Shown one piece after another: positions 40,944-50,007 of a DNA stretch of 64,000 nt (within the stretch, counting starts at the first letter, position 1; the number at the start of each line of letters is the position of its first letter). A program made the position numbers and the translations under genes. Origin of the DNA: Escherichia coli. Lineage in GTDB: Bacteria > Pseudomonadota > Gammaproteobacteria > Enterobacterales > Enterobacteriaceae. Where the stretch lies: the NCBI RefSeq assembly GCF_013315695.1, contig NZ_CP054353.1; one strand, given 5' to 3'. The notes below the pieces were generated by a model. It was not told the DNA's origin, ran no database searches, and worked only from the letters and a program-made list of their open reading frames with translations.

Positions 40944-41240
40944 TCACCAGTAACTAACCAGCAGCCAGAACAACAGGCATATTGCCACTGGTGCAGCAAA
41001 ATCCATCAGGCTTCCGGCATCCCACACGCGCGGATCAAAACCACCCCACCAGGGCATGTTAATTCGTTTCCCTTTCCCGAATTTTTCAATCCAGCGATAT
41101 TCTGCCTGGGTGTGTTCACGCGCAATGAAGAACGAGCAACCGGCTATCGCTCCGTAAACCCAGTTTCCCGTAAGAATGCCAGCCAGTACCTGCGCAGCCA
41201 CGGCACAAAGTGCATGAAGGACAGGCGTTATATCCATCAC
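40944..41240 (-). CDS. Hypothetical small membrane protein downstream of the tail fibre gene
   Basis: 98-aa ORF with hydrophobic N- and C-terminal segments (MMDITPVLHALCAVAAQVLAGILTG...AICLLFWLLVSYW); no family recognised. Confidence 0.5.
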   Translation of the reverse strand: MMDITPVLHALCAVAAQVLAGILTGNWVYGAIAGCSFFIAREHTQAEYRWIEKFGKGKRINMPWWGGFDPRVWDAGSLMDFAAPVAICLLFWLLVSYW

Positions 41241-41249
41241 TCCCTCCCT

Positions 41250-41528
41250 TCAGCTCCATTCCCGAAGCGGTGCTTCCAGCTCCACCACATAATCAGAGAA
41301 CACAGAAACATCAAACGTATCATCAAGAATACGAATGTTGACAAAATAACCGTCATTCCGGATACAGACAGGTTCTCCCTCTTCATTTTCCCCTGTTTCT
41401 GTATAGGTGAAACCAATTTCATCGACTAACAGTTTGTTCTGGAGGTCTTCATTTTCCTCCCAGCCAAGAGATGACAGGAGGGCTTTAAACTGCTGTTTGT
41501 CATGAAACTTCAAAGTCAAATCTTTCAT
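41250..41528 (-). CDS. Hypothetical acidic protein downstream of the tail fibre gene
   Basis: 92-aa ORF overlapping the H stop by 4 nt; strongly acidic; no family recognised; it occupies the position of a tail fibre assembly protein. Confidence 0.5.
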   Translation of the reverse strand: MKDLTLKFHDKQQFKALLSSLGWEENEDLQNKLLVDEIGFTYTETGENEEGEPVCIRNDGYFVNIRILDDTFDVSVFSDYVVELEAPLREWS

Positions 41529-43306
41529 ATTGCCTCTCTTAATTGCCTGTCATTTAATTCTTTATGCCATATGCGGAAATTACGAATGTGACCAAACAGA
41601 TGTCGTTCTCCAGTACTCGTTCGCCCTCCAATACGGATAATTGCGGAGTTCTGAATATATGACCATGTGGTTTTTGTTTCGCCGGATAACCGTCCGTTAC
41701 TGACTGAGCATGTAGACTGATCTGACTTTACTCGCATCCCTATAACCATTTTTTCAAGTGATGCGTTTTCGTTTACCCGCATGTTAGCCCCGCCTATATC
41801 GCAATAAGGAAATCCGTCGTAATCCGTCGAACGACCGAATCCAAGAATAATTTCCTCTCCAGTTTGATGACCACTGGTATTAAGAACACGCGGTGCTGCA
41901 TTTGGCGTTTTATACCAGTTCTTATGTACCTCACAAAGAACAGTAAAAGGAGGATTATAAAGATTATTCTTAACCGGAACTGTCACAATATCACTTGCAC
42001 GTGTTGCTGGTGTTGCACCCGATATAATAAATGATGATGCGCAGGGGCCATTTTCAACCTGAGGGGTGGACAGGAAAACATAATCTCCTGATTCAACGAC
42101 ACCACCTTCTTTCGGAGTGTATTGTATTGCCGATGTTATGTAGGACTCATCAATTGCCTGAATCGTTGCCTCTGCAAAAATCCAGCCGGTAACCTCATCT
42201 TTGTTAACTCGGGCAGTGATCCTGTCGGCAGCTCCTCCTGTGATTTTAACTGATAAAGATCGCGTATTAACAATGGCATATCCAAGGTTAGATGATGTGT
42301 TGCCATCGTAAGATTCAAACCTGATCCTTAACATGAGTTCCAGATCAGTTTTAAATCTGCACGATGTCGTCACGCACTTATTATCGCCTGAAACATCGAC
42401 GGCTCCGGTTACTGCAACTGATGCCATGTTAACAGGCAGGGACTGCCCAATCAGAGAATCGTTACAGACGAACTTTCCATAGGTAAAACCAGAACTGTCC
42501 GTCCCGGTTTCGGGAACATCCATATTTACCGACTTGCCCCAGTTGACCGGGGTTTCCGAATTGAGCATGTAGTTTGTTCTTTGCCCTTCAATAAGCAGTC
42601 CATCGCGTTCAAATCGCGGCTCATTAATTTCAGCTATTTTCAGTTCACCGGATTTATTGATATAGGTTGCCGTTGATGCGCGACTGAAACTAACCTGTTT
42701 ATCACTGGCAACCTGAACCACATCGTCACCAATGGTGATTTTTTTATAGCCCGGTGCGAACCCCGTAAGCATATCCAGTGAATCGTTAAACGGTATCCAC
42801 ACATCAGGCAGCGGCGGTACAGACTCCTTTTCCTGCGCAACATATTCTTCAACATAGGCGCGGGTGGCGAGCACGACAGAGGGATCAACTTTCAGTTCGA
42901 CAGACGAAGCACTGGAAACCACAACAATCATGCGAATCGTCTGCGTGCGCCCGCTTCCCTCGGTGAGTACAGGCTTGTAGGTTTCGGGGCAGTTCGCCAC
43001 GGCAATCATCACGCCGTCGCTGTCAAAAAGCCCAATCTCGCGGATCCAGAACCCCCCTTTATCTTCCGGGATAATCATCTCGGCGATAAGCTGGCTGGCA
43101 TCAGACGCGCTGATGCTCAGTTGATTCAATGGGGCGCTGTATACCGTGTTCACCAGATTTTCCATGGAAGCCTCCGGTTCCGGCAGGCTGCCGCCGCCAT
43201 CCCCCAGTTTCATGGTGGTGATGGATATTTTCGAGCCGCTGGCCACCGCCTTTGCCAGACGGGCGGCACCCTTGTCAGTCAGAACAGAAAAATATTTTAC
43301 AGTCAT
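41525..43306 (-). CDS. Tail fibre protein (gpH family) with divergent lower-GC C-terminal module
   Basis: N-terminus matches P2 H (ITTMKLGDGGG, GFWIREIGLFD, AVANCPETYKPVLTEGSG, RMIVVVSSASSVEL); the C-terminal two thirds are unrelated to P2 H. Confidence 0.8.
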   Translation of the reverse strand: MTVKYFSVLTDKGAARLAKAVASGSKISITTMKLGDGGGSLPEPEASMENLVNTVYSAPLNQLSISASDASQLIAEMIIPEDKGGFWIREIGLFDSDGVMIAVANCPETYKPVLTEGSGRTQTIRMIVVVSSASSVELKVDPSVVLATRAYVEEYVAQEKESVPPLPDVWIPFNDSLDMLTGFAPGYKKITIGDDVVQVASDKQVSFSRASTATYINKSGELKIAEINEPRFERDGLLIEGQRTNYMLNSETPVNWGKSVNMDVPETGTDSSGFTYGKFVCNDSLIGQSLPVNMASVAVTGAVDVSGDNKCVTTSCRFKTDLELMLRIRFESYDGNTSSNLGYAIVNTRSLSVKITGGAADRITARVNKDEVTGWIFAEATIQAIDESYITSAIQYTPKEGGVVESGDYVFLSTPQVENGPCASSFIISGATPATRASDIVTVPVKNNLYNPPFTVLCEVHKNWYKTPNAAPRVLNTSGHQTGEEIILGFGRSTDYDGFPYCDIGGANMRVNENASLEKMVIGMRVKSDQSTCSVSNGRLSGETKTTWSYIQNSAIIRIGGRTSTGERHLFGHIRNFRIWHKELNDRQLREAI

Positions 43307-44079
43307 GAAAAAATCCTCAAAGAATCCTCCAGAAATACCACTGATGCTGTCAGGGTTCCGGTTGTGGCGGTCAGTTGCATCACCGCCTGTGGCTCCACGG
43401 TCACCGCATCATCGCCCGTAACCTGTAATCCCATGACAATCCCCGCATCGACAGATACCGACGGTGTCGGCGGGTAAATGGTGAGCATGTCGCCGTCAAA
43501 GAAAGCCGGAGATGCCCGGAACACCGAAACAGTCTCAACACCGGCAGAAGCGGCTGGCCAGATTGTTGTTTCACTGCCGTCGTGCATGCCGGAAAACACA
43601 CGTGCGACTCCCTGCGTATCCAGCATAATGTTCAGCGAGGCAAGGTGGCGGCTGACCGGACGGGCATCGTCGATCAGTCGTGTCAGCTCGGAGTACGTTT
43701 CCTCTGTGATACCCGCGTCCTGCACGCCAATATCAATGCGGAACGTGCCGCGCGGGTCGCCGTTCTGCCACCACTCCGTCACGTTAATGACATAGCCAAA
43801 GGGTTCAACCACACGCCTGATGGCGCTGATGGTTCCCTTATGGCGGTGGATTGCCCAGGCATCACGGATCACCTGGCGCTTTGTTTCTTCCGTCCAGTCA
43901 CGATCCCACCTGTCCACGGACAGCGCCCACGCCAGATAAGGCAGCAGGGCTGCCGGGCAGGTGTCAGGATCCCAGAGCTGGTTAAGGCTGACAGGTAATG
44001 CTGACAACCGGGCGGTTCCCCGCTCCACGCAGCGCATGAAATCGCTGGCTGAAGGGGGGAGAAGTGACGGTTCACTCAT
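43303..44079 (-). CDS. Baseplate protein gpI
   Basis: NQLWDPDTCPAALLPYLAWALSVDRWD and TISAIRRVVEPFGYVINVTEWW motifs match P2 gpI; start taken at the internal Met 4 nt after the J stop. Confidence 0.85.
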   Translation of the reverse strand: MSEPSLLPPSASDFMRCVERGTARLSALPVSLNQLWDPDTCPAALLPYLAWALSVDRWDRDWTEETKRQVIRDAWAIHRHKGTISAIRRVVEPFGYVINVTEWWQNGDPRGTFRIDIGVQDAGITEETYSELTRLIDDARPVSRHLASLNIMLDTQGVARVFSGMHDGSETTIWPAASAGVETVSVFRASPAFFDGDMLTIYPPTPSVSVDAGIVMGLQVTGDDAVTVEPQAVMQLTATTGTLTASVVFLEDSLRIFS

Positions 44080-44968
44080 TGGTTCCCCCTGTGCTGACCG
44101 TGAACGATGTGCAGTACGCTGACTGCACATCACTGATAACAATATTCTGTGCGGGGCTGGTCAGTTCCACGCGCTGAACGCCCTGAACATGCAGTGCGGC
44201 CATGATGGCGGAGAGCGCGACATCGCGACCGATTTTGCCCTGTTCGGCAAGCCAGGTTTCCAGATTGTTTCTGGCGGCATTCAGGATGGGTTCCGACTCC
44301 GGCCCCGGATAAAAGTAAAGCCGGGCATCAATCTGATACCGTATGATTTCTGCGCTCTGCACCGTCAGACGGTCACCGACCGGGCGAACGTCTTCGGCAT
44401 TCAGCGCATTTCTGACCGTTGTCAGGAGTTCTTCGGTCGCCGTGCCGTCGCCTTCTGTGGACAACACTGTCACCACCACTTCCGCCGGTGCGGGGCTGGT
44501 TGCGCGCGCGTCCGCCACCTGACCGCTGGCACTGCGGGCAAAATATTCATACGCCCCGGTGGGACCGGCCACGCTGAGGCCATCAAATGCAGACTGCGCA
44601 CGCAGCCGCAGGGCGGAGTCGCTTTCCATGACGGCCTCCGTGGTGTCCATGGCCGGTGTGATGACCAGCCGCGCGGTGTTCATGTTGGCAGCGAGGTTGT
44701 CCAGGTCATCACCTGTGGAATGGCTCAGCATACAGGCCGCTGCGCCCTCATTAATGCGCTGGCGAAGCAGCAGTTCACGCAGCGCGAAAGCCTGGGCAAT
44801 GACCGTGAGCGGTTCGGACTCCAACGCCATGGCTGACCGGATGGCAGCCTGCTGTGTCTGTGGAAATGACGTAATGATGTCTTCTTTCACTTCCGCTAGG
44901 ATGACTTCAAAATCCGGCGTTTCAATAATCTGTGGTGTCGGCAGTTCCGACAGGTCAACGGCTGGCAT
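44072..44968 (-). CDS. Baseplate assembly protein gpJ
   Basis: 298-aa ORF, N-terminal MPAVDLSELPTPQIIE and C-terminal VQGVQRVEL...TGG match P2 J. Confidence 0.9.
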   Translation of the reverse strand: MPAVDLSELPTPQIIETPDFEVILAEVKEDIITSFPQTQQAAIRSAMALESEPLTVIAQAFALRELLLRQRINEGAAACMLSHSTGDDLDNLAANMNTARLVITPAMDTTEAVMESDSALRLRAQSAFDGLSVAGPTGAYEYFARSASGQVADARATSPAPAEVVVTVLSTEGDGTATEELLTTVRNALNAEDVRPVGDRLTVQSAEIIRYQIDARLYFYPGPESEPILNAARNNLETWLAEQGKIGRDVALSAIMAALHVQGVQRVELTSPAQNIVISDVQSAYCTSFTVSTGGTNE

Positions 44969-45320
44969 TGTCGCTCCTGAGTGTCAGTGTGTTCTGTACG
45001 GTTTCCAGGCTTTCTGTCAGTGTGCCGGTGAGGGTGATAACGGCTTTTCCGCCCGCCTCCCACTGAATGTCAACGGCATTCAGGGCGATGCGTGGCTCCC
45101 ACTGTGTCAGGGCAATCACCACGGCGCTCATGCACTGAAGGCGCGTGGTGGCATTCATCGGTGCATCCAGCAAATCCGGCAGCAGGCTGCCGTATTCCCG
45201 GCGCATCACCCGGCTGGCGAGCGGTGTTAACAGAATATCCCTCACGCTGTTCCACAGATGGTCCGTGTCGCTGAGCGTGCCGGTGGCCTCGGGGTTCATC
45301 CCCAGAAAACGGGCACTCAC
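44955..45320 (-). CDS. Baseplate protein gpW
   Basis: 121-aa ORF, ARFLGMN...RVMRREYGSLLPDLLD as in P2 W. Confidence 0.85.
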   Translation of the reverse strand: MSARFLGMNPEATGTLSDTDHLWNSVRDILLTPLASRVMRREYGSLLPDLLDAPMNATTRLQCMSAVVIALTQWEPRIALNAVDIQWEAGGKAVITLTGTLTESLETVQNTLTLRSDNASR

Positions 45321-45898
45321 TGCGGGCCTCCTGTGCTGTCACCGCCGCTCTTCACGCCACTGTGTTTGTGCGTGTGCAGCGTCACACCGTTTGAGGTGAA
45401 ATCACCGCCGCTGTGCGAGATACTGCCACTCATGGTTCCGCCTTCTGTCACCTCAATCGTTGTCGTCTTCAGATGGTTTGTGCAGGTGACGGTGGGGGTA
45501 TCCAGCGTCACGCCTGTTCCGGCCTGAATGGTGGCAGTTTTGATTCCGCTGGCGCTCAGTGCGCCAGCGTCCGCATCGTAGCGGAACACCGCGCCGTCAG
45601 GCGCTGTAACCACGATTTCCGTCAGGCTGCTGCCGGGCGCCGGATGTTCGCTGCTCCAGAGACTGCCGATGACGGACGCGGTCGCGGGGTCGCCACCGAT
45701 GCAGGCAATCATGACCTGTTCGCCCACGGCAGGCGGCAGCCAGACGCTGAACGCGCCCGCGCGTGGTGTGTTCCAGCGCAGCCAGTCGGTTTCCAGCTCT
45801 CCGCTGCGCACGCGAACGCGCCACGTTGTTTCGTCCACGGCAAAAATCACGCCCGTGCGGATGATATTTGCAAGCAGTCGCATGATTTCCGCTGTCAT
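45317..45898 (-). CDS. Baseplate spike protein gpV
   Basis: 193-aa ORF with the C-terminal GVTLHTHKH..GG.TGGP motif of P2 V. Confidence 0.85.
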   Translation of the reverse strand: MTAEIMRLLANIIRTGVIFAVDETTWRVRVRSGELETDWLRWNTPRAGAFSVWLPPAVGEQVMIACIGGDPATASVIGSLWSSEHPAPGSSLTEIVVTAPDGAVFRYDADAGALSASGIKTATIQAGTGVTLDTPTVTCTNHLKTTTIEVTEGGTMSGSISHSGGDFTSNGVTLHTHKHSGVKSGGDSTGGPQ

Positions 45899-46533
45899 CG
45901 TGCTGCACTCCCCAGGGAACGGATAATCGCGTCACGCATCCGGCGTTCGTCGGCTGCGGTCACACCCAGCAGTTCACGCACCGGGTAGGTGGTCATCACG
46001 CCCGGTGTCACCTCGTCGCGTAACCCCGCCTGATGCACGCGGGCAATCCGCGCAGCCAGGCCATCAAAGCCCACCACAGCGCCTTCCGCATCTGAGCGCA
46101 TTTTTAACCAGCGATATGTGCGAAGACGCGCGAACATCGGCGTGCTTTTCTTGCTGGTCTGGCGGGCAGACATGGACGATACAGCGAGGTATCGTTCAAT
46201 ATCATCGCGGTAAAACGTCCTCAGTGCGCCGCCACGGTCAGGGTCGCGCCCGATGATGGCGCGGCCTTTCCGGTAACGTTTGTGCCCCCACTGGCGCAGC
46301 GTGCGGACCTCGCCGTTCCAGACAAACTTCACCTCCCGGCGGGTGTGCATTACCTGCTGTTTTCGCGCCGGATACGGCGAACCGTCTGCGTTCTTCTGCG
46401 TACGGATACGCGCCTGCTGGCTCTGGCGCAGCGCCTGCCCGACAGCCCTCGCCGTGCGTGCACGTCCGGCGGTGGAAAGTCCGTTCAGGATGTCGCGGAA
46501 AACCGCGTCCGGGTCATGCGTCGTCGTGTTCAT
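45895..46533 (-). CDS. Phage virion morphogenesis / tail completion protein (gpS-like)
   Basis: 212-aa basic ORF in the S position between R and V; the family assignment rests on position and is weaker than for its neighbours. Confidence 0.65.
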   Translation of the reverse strand: MNTTTHDPDAVFRDILNGLSTAGRARTARAVGQALRQSQQARIRTQKNADGSPYPARKQQVMHTRREVKFVWNGEVRTLRQWGHKRYRKGRAIIGRDPDRGGALRTFYRDDIERYLAVSSMSARQTSKKSTPMFARLRTYRWLKMRSDAEGAVVGFDGLAARIARVHQAGLRDEVTPGVMTTYPVRELLGVTAADERRMRDAIIRSLGSAAR

Positions 46534-46996
46534 CCGTCAAATCCTTAAAGGTCACATCCTCAACAATCAGCTCTCCCCAGGCTCCTGTCAGTGCGGCAGG
46601 CGGGCGGGGTTCCGGCAGGTGCACCGGATACAGTTCCCCCTGTTCATTGCGACAGACTTTCACGCGCTCGCGCACGGGAATTTCCAGTAACAGGTCGGTG
46701 CTGTCGTCGTCATTGACGGCAACGGAAAACTTAACGTCCTTGTTTTTCTCCGGGTTGAGCAGCAAATCCGGCTGGTTGTGCATGAGCCAGACAATCAGCG
46801 GCAGCATCAGCTCGTCGATGTGTCCCGGAAAATCCATGACGAAGGCCACGAGCGTGTAACGGTAGACAAACGTCGGGGTTTCACCCGTGGTCTCAATACT
46901 TCCGCTTTCTGCAAACACGGTGAGTTTTTCCGGATTCGCGCGACACCACCGGGATGAGGCGGTGAGGGCTTCGCGCAGACGGTTCATTTTCAGCAT
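46514..46996 (-). CDS. Tail completion protein gpR
   Basis: 160-aa ORF, MLKMNRLREALTAS...NQPDLL... resembles P2 R. Confidence 0.8.
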   Translation of the reverse strand: MLKMNRLREALTASSRWCRANPEKLTVFAESGSIETTGETPTFVYRYTLVAFVMDFPGHIDELMLPLIVWLMHNQPDLLLNPEKNKDVKFSVAVNDDDSTDLLLEIPVRERVKVCRNEQGELYPVHLPEPRPPAALTGAWGELIVEDVTFKDLTDEHDDA

Positions 46997-47005
46997 GACT
47001 TCTCC

Positions 47006-47299
47006 TTACGGTCGCATCCGGCGTTGTTGTTCGGTTGCTTTAATGGCTGCCTTGTCAGCGTTGCAGCTCTCCAGTGCGTCCAGCAGCCGGTCACTCCAGA
47101 CGGCCAGTCCGCCCCACGTCAGCGGACGGGGCAGGGACGGCACCGGCGTTGGCTGTGTCAGACTTTCCGGCAGCGGTGCGTGCTGCGTCTGAGTGACCAC
47201 GACGGGGCGCGGCGCGCTGTTGCAGGCGGTCAGCAACAGCGGCAGGCACAGCAGCAGCCGCGCACGGATTTTCCCGGAGTGTGTTGCGTATCTCTTCAC
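47006..47299 (-). CDS. Outer-membrane spanin lipoprotein (LysC/Rz1-like), start inside the i-spanin gene
   Basis: Alternate frame overlapping lysB; lipobox LLTAC followed by a Pro-rich region; the GTG start at 47299 is inferred. Confidence 0.55.
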   Translation of the reverse strand: MKRYATHSGKIRARLLLCLPLLLTACNSAPRPVVVTQTQHAPLPESLTQPTPVPSLPRPLTWGGLAVWSDRLLDALESCNADKAAIKATEQQRRMRP

Positions 47300-47537
47300 G
47301 GCGTTTTTCTCCCTCCTGATTCCGGTGCTGCTCTGCGGCGCGGACCTGCGCCAGCAGGTCGCTGATGCCCCGGAGTTCCGCATGAAGTGCATCCACGGCG
47401 GCATTTGTTCCCGCCAGCGCCTGTTCGTGATATTCCCGGCGCGCCCGTTCATGCCCTGCCTGCCAGGCCAGACGCAGTGACACCAGATACAGCGCCCCCG
47501 AAAACAGGGCGACGACGGCGGCGGTGGTCAGCCTCAT
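47091..47537 (-). CDS. Inner-membrane spanin (LysB/Rz-like)
   Basis: N-terminal TM helix (MRLTTAAVVALFSGALYLVSL) and a coiled-coil periplasmic domain; ATGA overlap with the endolysin gene. Confidence 0.6.
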   Translation of the reverse strand: MRLTTAAVVALFSGALYLVSLRLAWQAGHERARREYHEQALAGTNAAVDALHAELRGISDLLAQVRAAEQHRNQEGEKRREEIRNTLRENPCAAAAVPAAVADRLQQRAAPRRGHSDAARTAAGKSDTANAGAVPAPSADVGRTGRLE

Positions 47538-48076
47538 TTCTGTTTCTCCACATCCCGCAGACACCAGGCGCGAAAATCGCTGCGGCGGTTAACCAGTCCC
47601 TGACTGCGCTTCCCGCCTGCATTCACAAAATCAGTGAGGCGGGCACACATCCGCGCCCAGTTATGCGCCTGTGCCTGTTTCCAGATGGTGGTGCGCTGGC
47701 GCTTACCGTTGCGGTCCCTGAACCACATCAGACCGGAGCACCCCAGATTGAAGGCTGCATCCGTCATCGCCTCGAAGGCCGACTGCGGCATGGCTGCCCC
47801 CTGAAAATTCTGGTTAATACAGCTCTCCGCCCGCTGCATGTCATTCACCCAGCGACGGGCCACCTCCTGCTCGCTGTACAGGTGTTTCTGTACGTTCCCC
47901 GTGGAGCCGCAGCCCACGGTGGCAACACCCGCGATGTCCGTGTAGGGTGTGGCGCGGCAGTCTTCCCACGTGGCAATTTTTATCTGTGCCTCCTGTGAGG
48001 TGCGCAGTGCTTCAGGAGCCAGCGAGACACCCAGCGCCACAATCACGGCGGCGGCATATCGCTTAATGTTTTTCAT
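47534..48076 (-). CDS. Endolysin (lysozyme-type, gpK-like) with N-terminal signal-anchor
   Basis: MKNIKRYAAAVIVALGVSLA then a lysozyme-like domain in the K position. Confidence 0.8.
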   Translation of the reverse strand: MKNIKRYAAAVIVALGVSLAPEALRTSQEAQIKIATWEDCRATPYTDIAGVATVGCGSTGNVQKHLYSEQEVARRWVNDMQRAESCINQNFQGAAMPQSAFEAMTDAAFNLGCSGLMWFRDRNGKRQRTTIWKQAQAHNWARMCARLTDFVNAGGKRSQGLVNRRSDFRAWCLRDVEKQK

Positions 48077-48356
48077 CGTTATCCCGTTGCAGTGCGGCAA
48101 GCGCCCGTTGTTCACTTTCATGAAGCCCGCGCGTTCCGGCCTGTGCCAGAATCTGTGCAATCAGCGCATTGCGGCGGACCTGCGCACGCTCCATGCGGCG
48201 ACGGTGAAGCCAGCCCTGAAAGAGTGAAAGCGCACCCAGCAGCAGCCCGGCCAGCGCGATTTTTTCGCTGATGGTCATCGCGCCAATCGTGACCGCAGAG
48301 ACGGAGGCGGCGAAGGCGATGTGGTCGTAAATACTGCGAAAAAAACCTAATCCCAT
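48063..48356 (-). CDS. Holin (gpY-like)
   Basis: 97 aa with two TM segments and a charged C-terminus, immediately upstream of the endolysin gene; start taken at the internal Met. Confidence 0.6.
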   Translation of the reverse strand: MGLGFFRSIYDHIAFAASVSAVTIGAMTISEKIALAGLLLGALSLFQGWLHRRRMERAQVRRNALIAQILAQAGTRGLHESEQRALAALQRDNDEKH

Positions 48357-48547
48357 AACTGCACCGTCTCCCGTGTTTTTTTCTCTTCCTGCTCCGGTAA
48401 TTCCACTTCCTGTCCGGCCTCCAGAAAAATCTGTCCGCACAGCCCCGGATTGGCGGCCAGCACCTTTTCGGTCACGCCCTGCGTTGTGCCGTAGTGCCGG
48501 AAGCACAGCAGGTCAACGGTGTCGTCCTGTAATGCCTTCACCTTCAT
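48347..48547 (-). CDS. Tail protein gpX
   Basis: MKVKALQDDTVDLLCFRHYGTTQGVTEKVLAANPGL matches P2 X. Confidence 0.75.
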   Translation of the reverse strand: MKVKALQDDTVDLLCFRHYGTTQGVTEKVLAANPGLCGQIFLEAGQEVELPEQEEKKTRETVQLWD

Positions 48548-49041
48548 CAGCACAGCCTCGCAAAGATGCGCGGTGCGCCCTGAATATCGGCAATGGCCCA
48601 GCGCACGTCGCGCCAGAGGTCACCGGTCTGGGCTTCCAGTGCGTCCGCTTTCCGGTCGCCCTGTTCGGTGGTGTCCACATCGCGCACGCGCTCCAGTATC
48701 AGGGCGCGGGTGGCGGCATACACCGCAAGACGGAAGCGGTGCACGTTGACGCTTTCGCCGTTCACGCGGGAAGCCGGAACGTCCGCCAGCGTGCGGTATC
48801 CGTCATTCATCTGCTGCGTCTGCCAGTTGCGCAGCTCACCGGTGACGTGTGCCACGGCTTCGGTTGCCGCGTGCATCAGGCGCGACGTGGTGGTGCGACC
48901 GGGCAGGCGCACGGCAAGACGCAGCGCGCGCAGTTCTGTCTCCGGCCAGAAGTCGTCCGTGGTGATGCGTGCATCACCGTCGTCCGTGTCCGCGACATCC
49001 TCCGTCGCGGCAGTGATACCGGGTTTTGCAATCATGCTCAT
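48547..49041 (-). CDS. Capsid completion protein gpL
   Basis: 164-aa ORF; the C-terminal ...LWRDVRWAIADIQGAPR region resembles P2 L. Confidence 0.8.
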   Translation of the reverse strand: MSMIAKPGITAATEDVADTDDGDARITTDDFWPETELRALRLAVRLPGRTTTSRLMHAATEAVAHVTGELRNWQTQQMNDGYRTLADVPASRVNGESVNVHRFRLAVYAATRALILERVRDVDTTEQGDRKADALEAQTGDLWRDVRWAIADIQGAPRIFARLC

Positions 49042-49160
49042 GACGAGCCTCCGTTAAAAAGTCAGGCGGTGGGCGAACGGTCAGAAGGTCGCGGAGTTAA
49101 AAAACCAGGTGACCGTTCGCGCCGCCTGTCGCCGGGGCGAAGTCGGTATGCGTGAGAGTC

Positions 49161-49958
49161 TCACGCGGATTTTTTGCTTTTCCGTGTGGCAGTGGCTTTT
49201 GTGGCGCTCTTTTTGCCTGCCTTTTTCGTCACGGTTTTCGCGGTACTTTTGCCTTCCGCGTTGTTCTCCGCACCGTCGGTACTGGTCAGCTTTTTCACTG
49301 CACGGGACAGCGTGGCAATCTCGCGCTTCACGCCCGCGTTCGGGTTCAGGTGCATCGCTTCGCGCAGCAGTTTCAATGATGAAGCCATACTGTCCGCATC
49401 GGTCAGACCACGGCGGGAAAAGGCGCACGCCTTGCAGAGTTTGGCGCGGACCTCGTCCGGCATGTCCCGACCGGCGATAATTTCCTGTAGCGTGTCCAGC
49501 GGGGCGATGTATCCGGACAAATCCGCGTCCTGGTCAGTGCCTGCCAGCGTCAGCACCGGGTTACAGATTTCCTCTGTCAGCAGCGTGGCGGCATCGCGCC
49601 CGAAGCTGTCCGGTGTGCTGAGGTTATGGCGTACCACGTACTCACCGATGCGCAGCGCCAGCGGCAAATCACCGCAGTCAACGGCCCAGACCATGAGGGT
49701 GACTATCACCTCATCCTGGCGTCCGCTGTCGCTCTCGAGCGTGCCGTCAATCCAGCCGGAAAAATCCGGCAGCAGCGTCTTTTTCAGTTCCGCTTTCGCT
49801 GCCTTTGACTGAATGCCTTTCAGTCGTGCCTGTGCCAGTCGCAGGCGATGCAGGATTTGTTCGTGAGCCGTGCGCACCGTCTGTGACTGACTGTCATCGG
49901 TCAGTCCGGCGCGTTGTGCCATCGTGCGCTGAAAATGCGCCTGTGCCGGTGTCAGCAT
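49161..49958 (-). CDS. Terminase endonuclease (small) subunit gpM
   Basis: 265-aa ORF with a MPDEVRAKL motif and Lys-rich C-terminal tail as in P2 M. Confidence 0.85.
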   Translation of the reverse strand: MLTPAQAHFQRTMAQRAGLTDDSQSQTVRTAHEQILHRLRLAQARLKGIQSKAAKAELKKTLLPDFSGWIDGTLESDSGRQDEVIVTLMVWAVDCGDLPLALRIGEYVVRHNLSTPDSFGRDAATLLTEEICNPVLTLAGTDQDADLSGYIAPLDTLQEIIAGRDMPDEVRAKLCKACAFSRRGLTDADSMASSLKLLREAMHLNPNAGVKREIATLSRAVKKLTSTDGAENNAEGKSTAKTVTKKAGKKSATKATATRKSKKSA

Positions 49959-50007
49959 TGTTCTCTCCTCTTACGGGCGGTCAGCGCCCGCCCGTGGTTC
50001 AGGTAAA

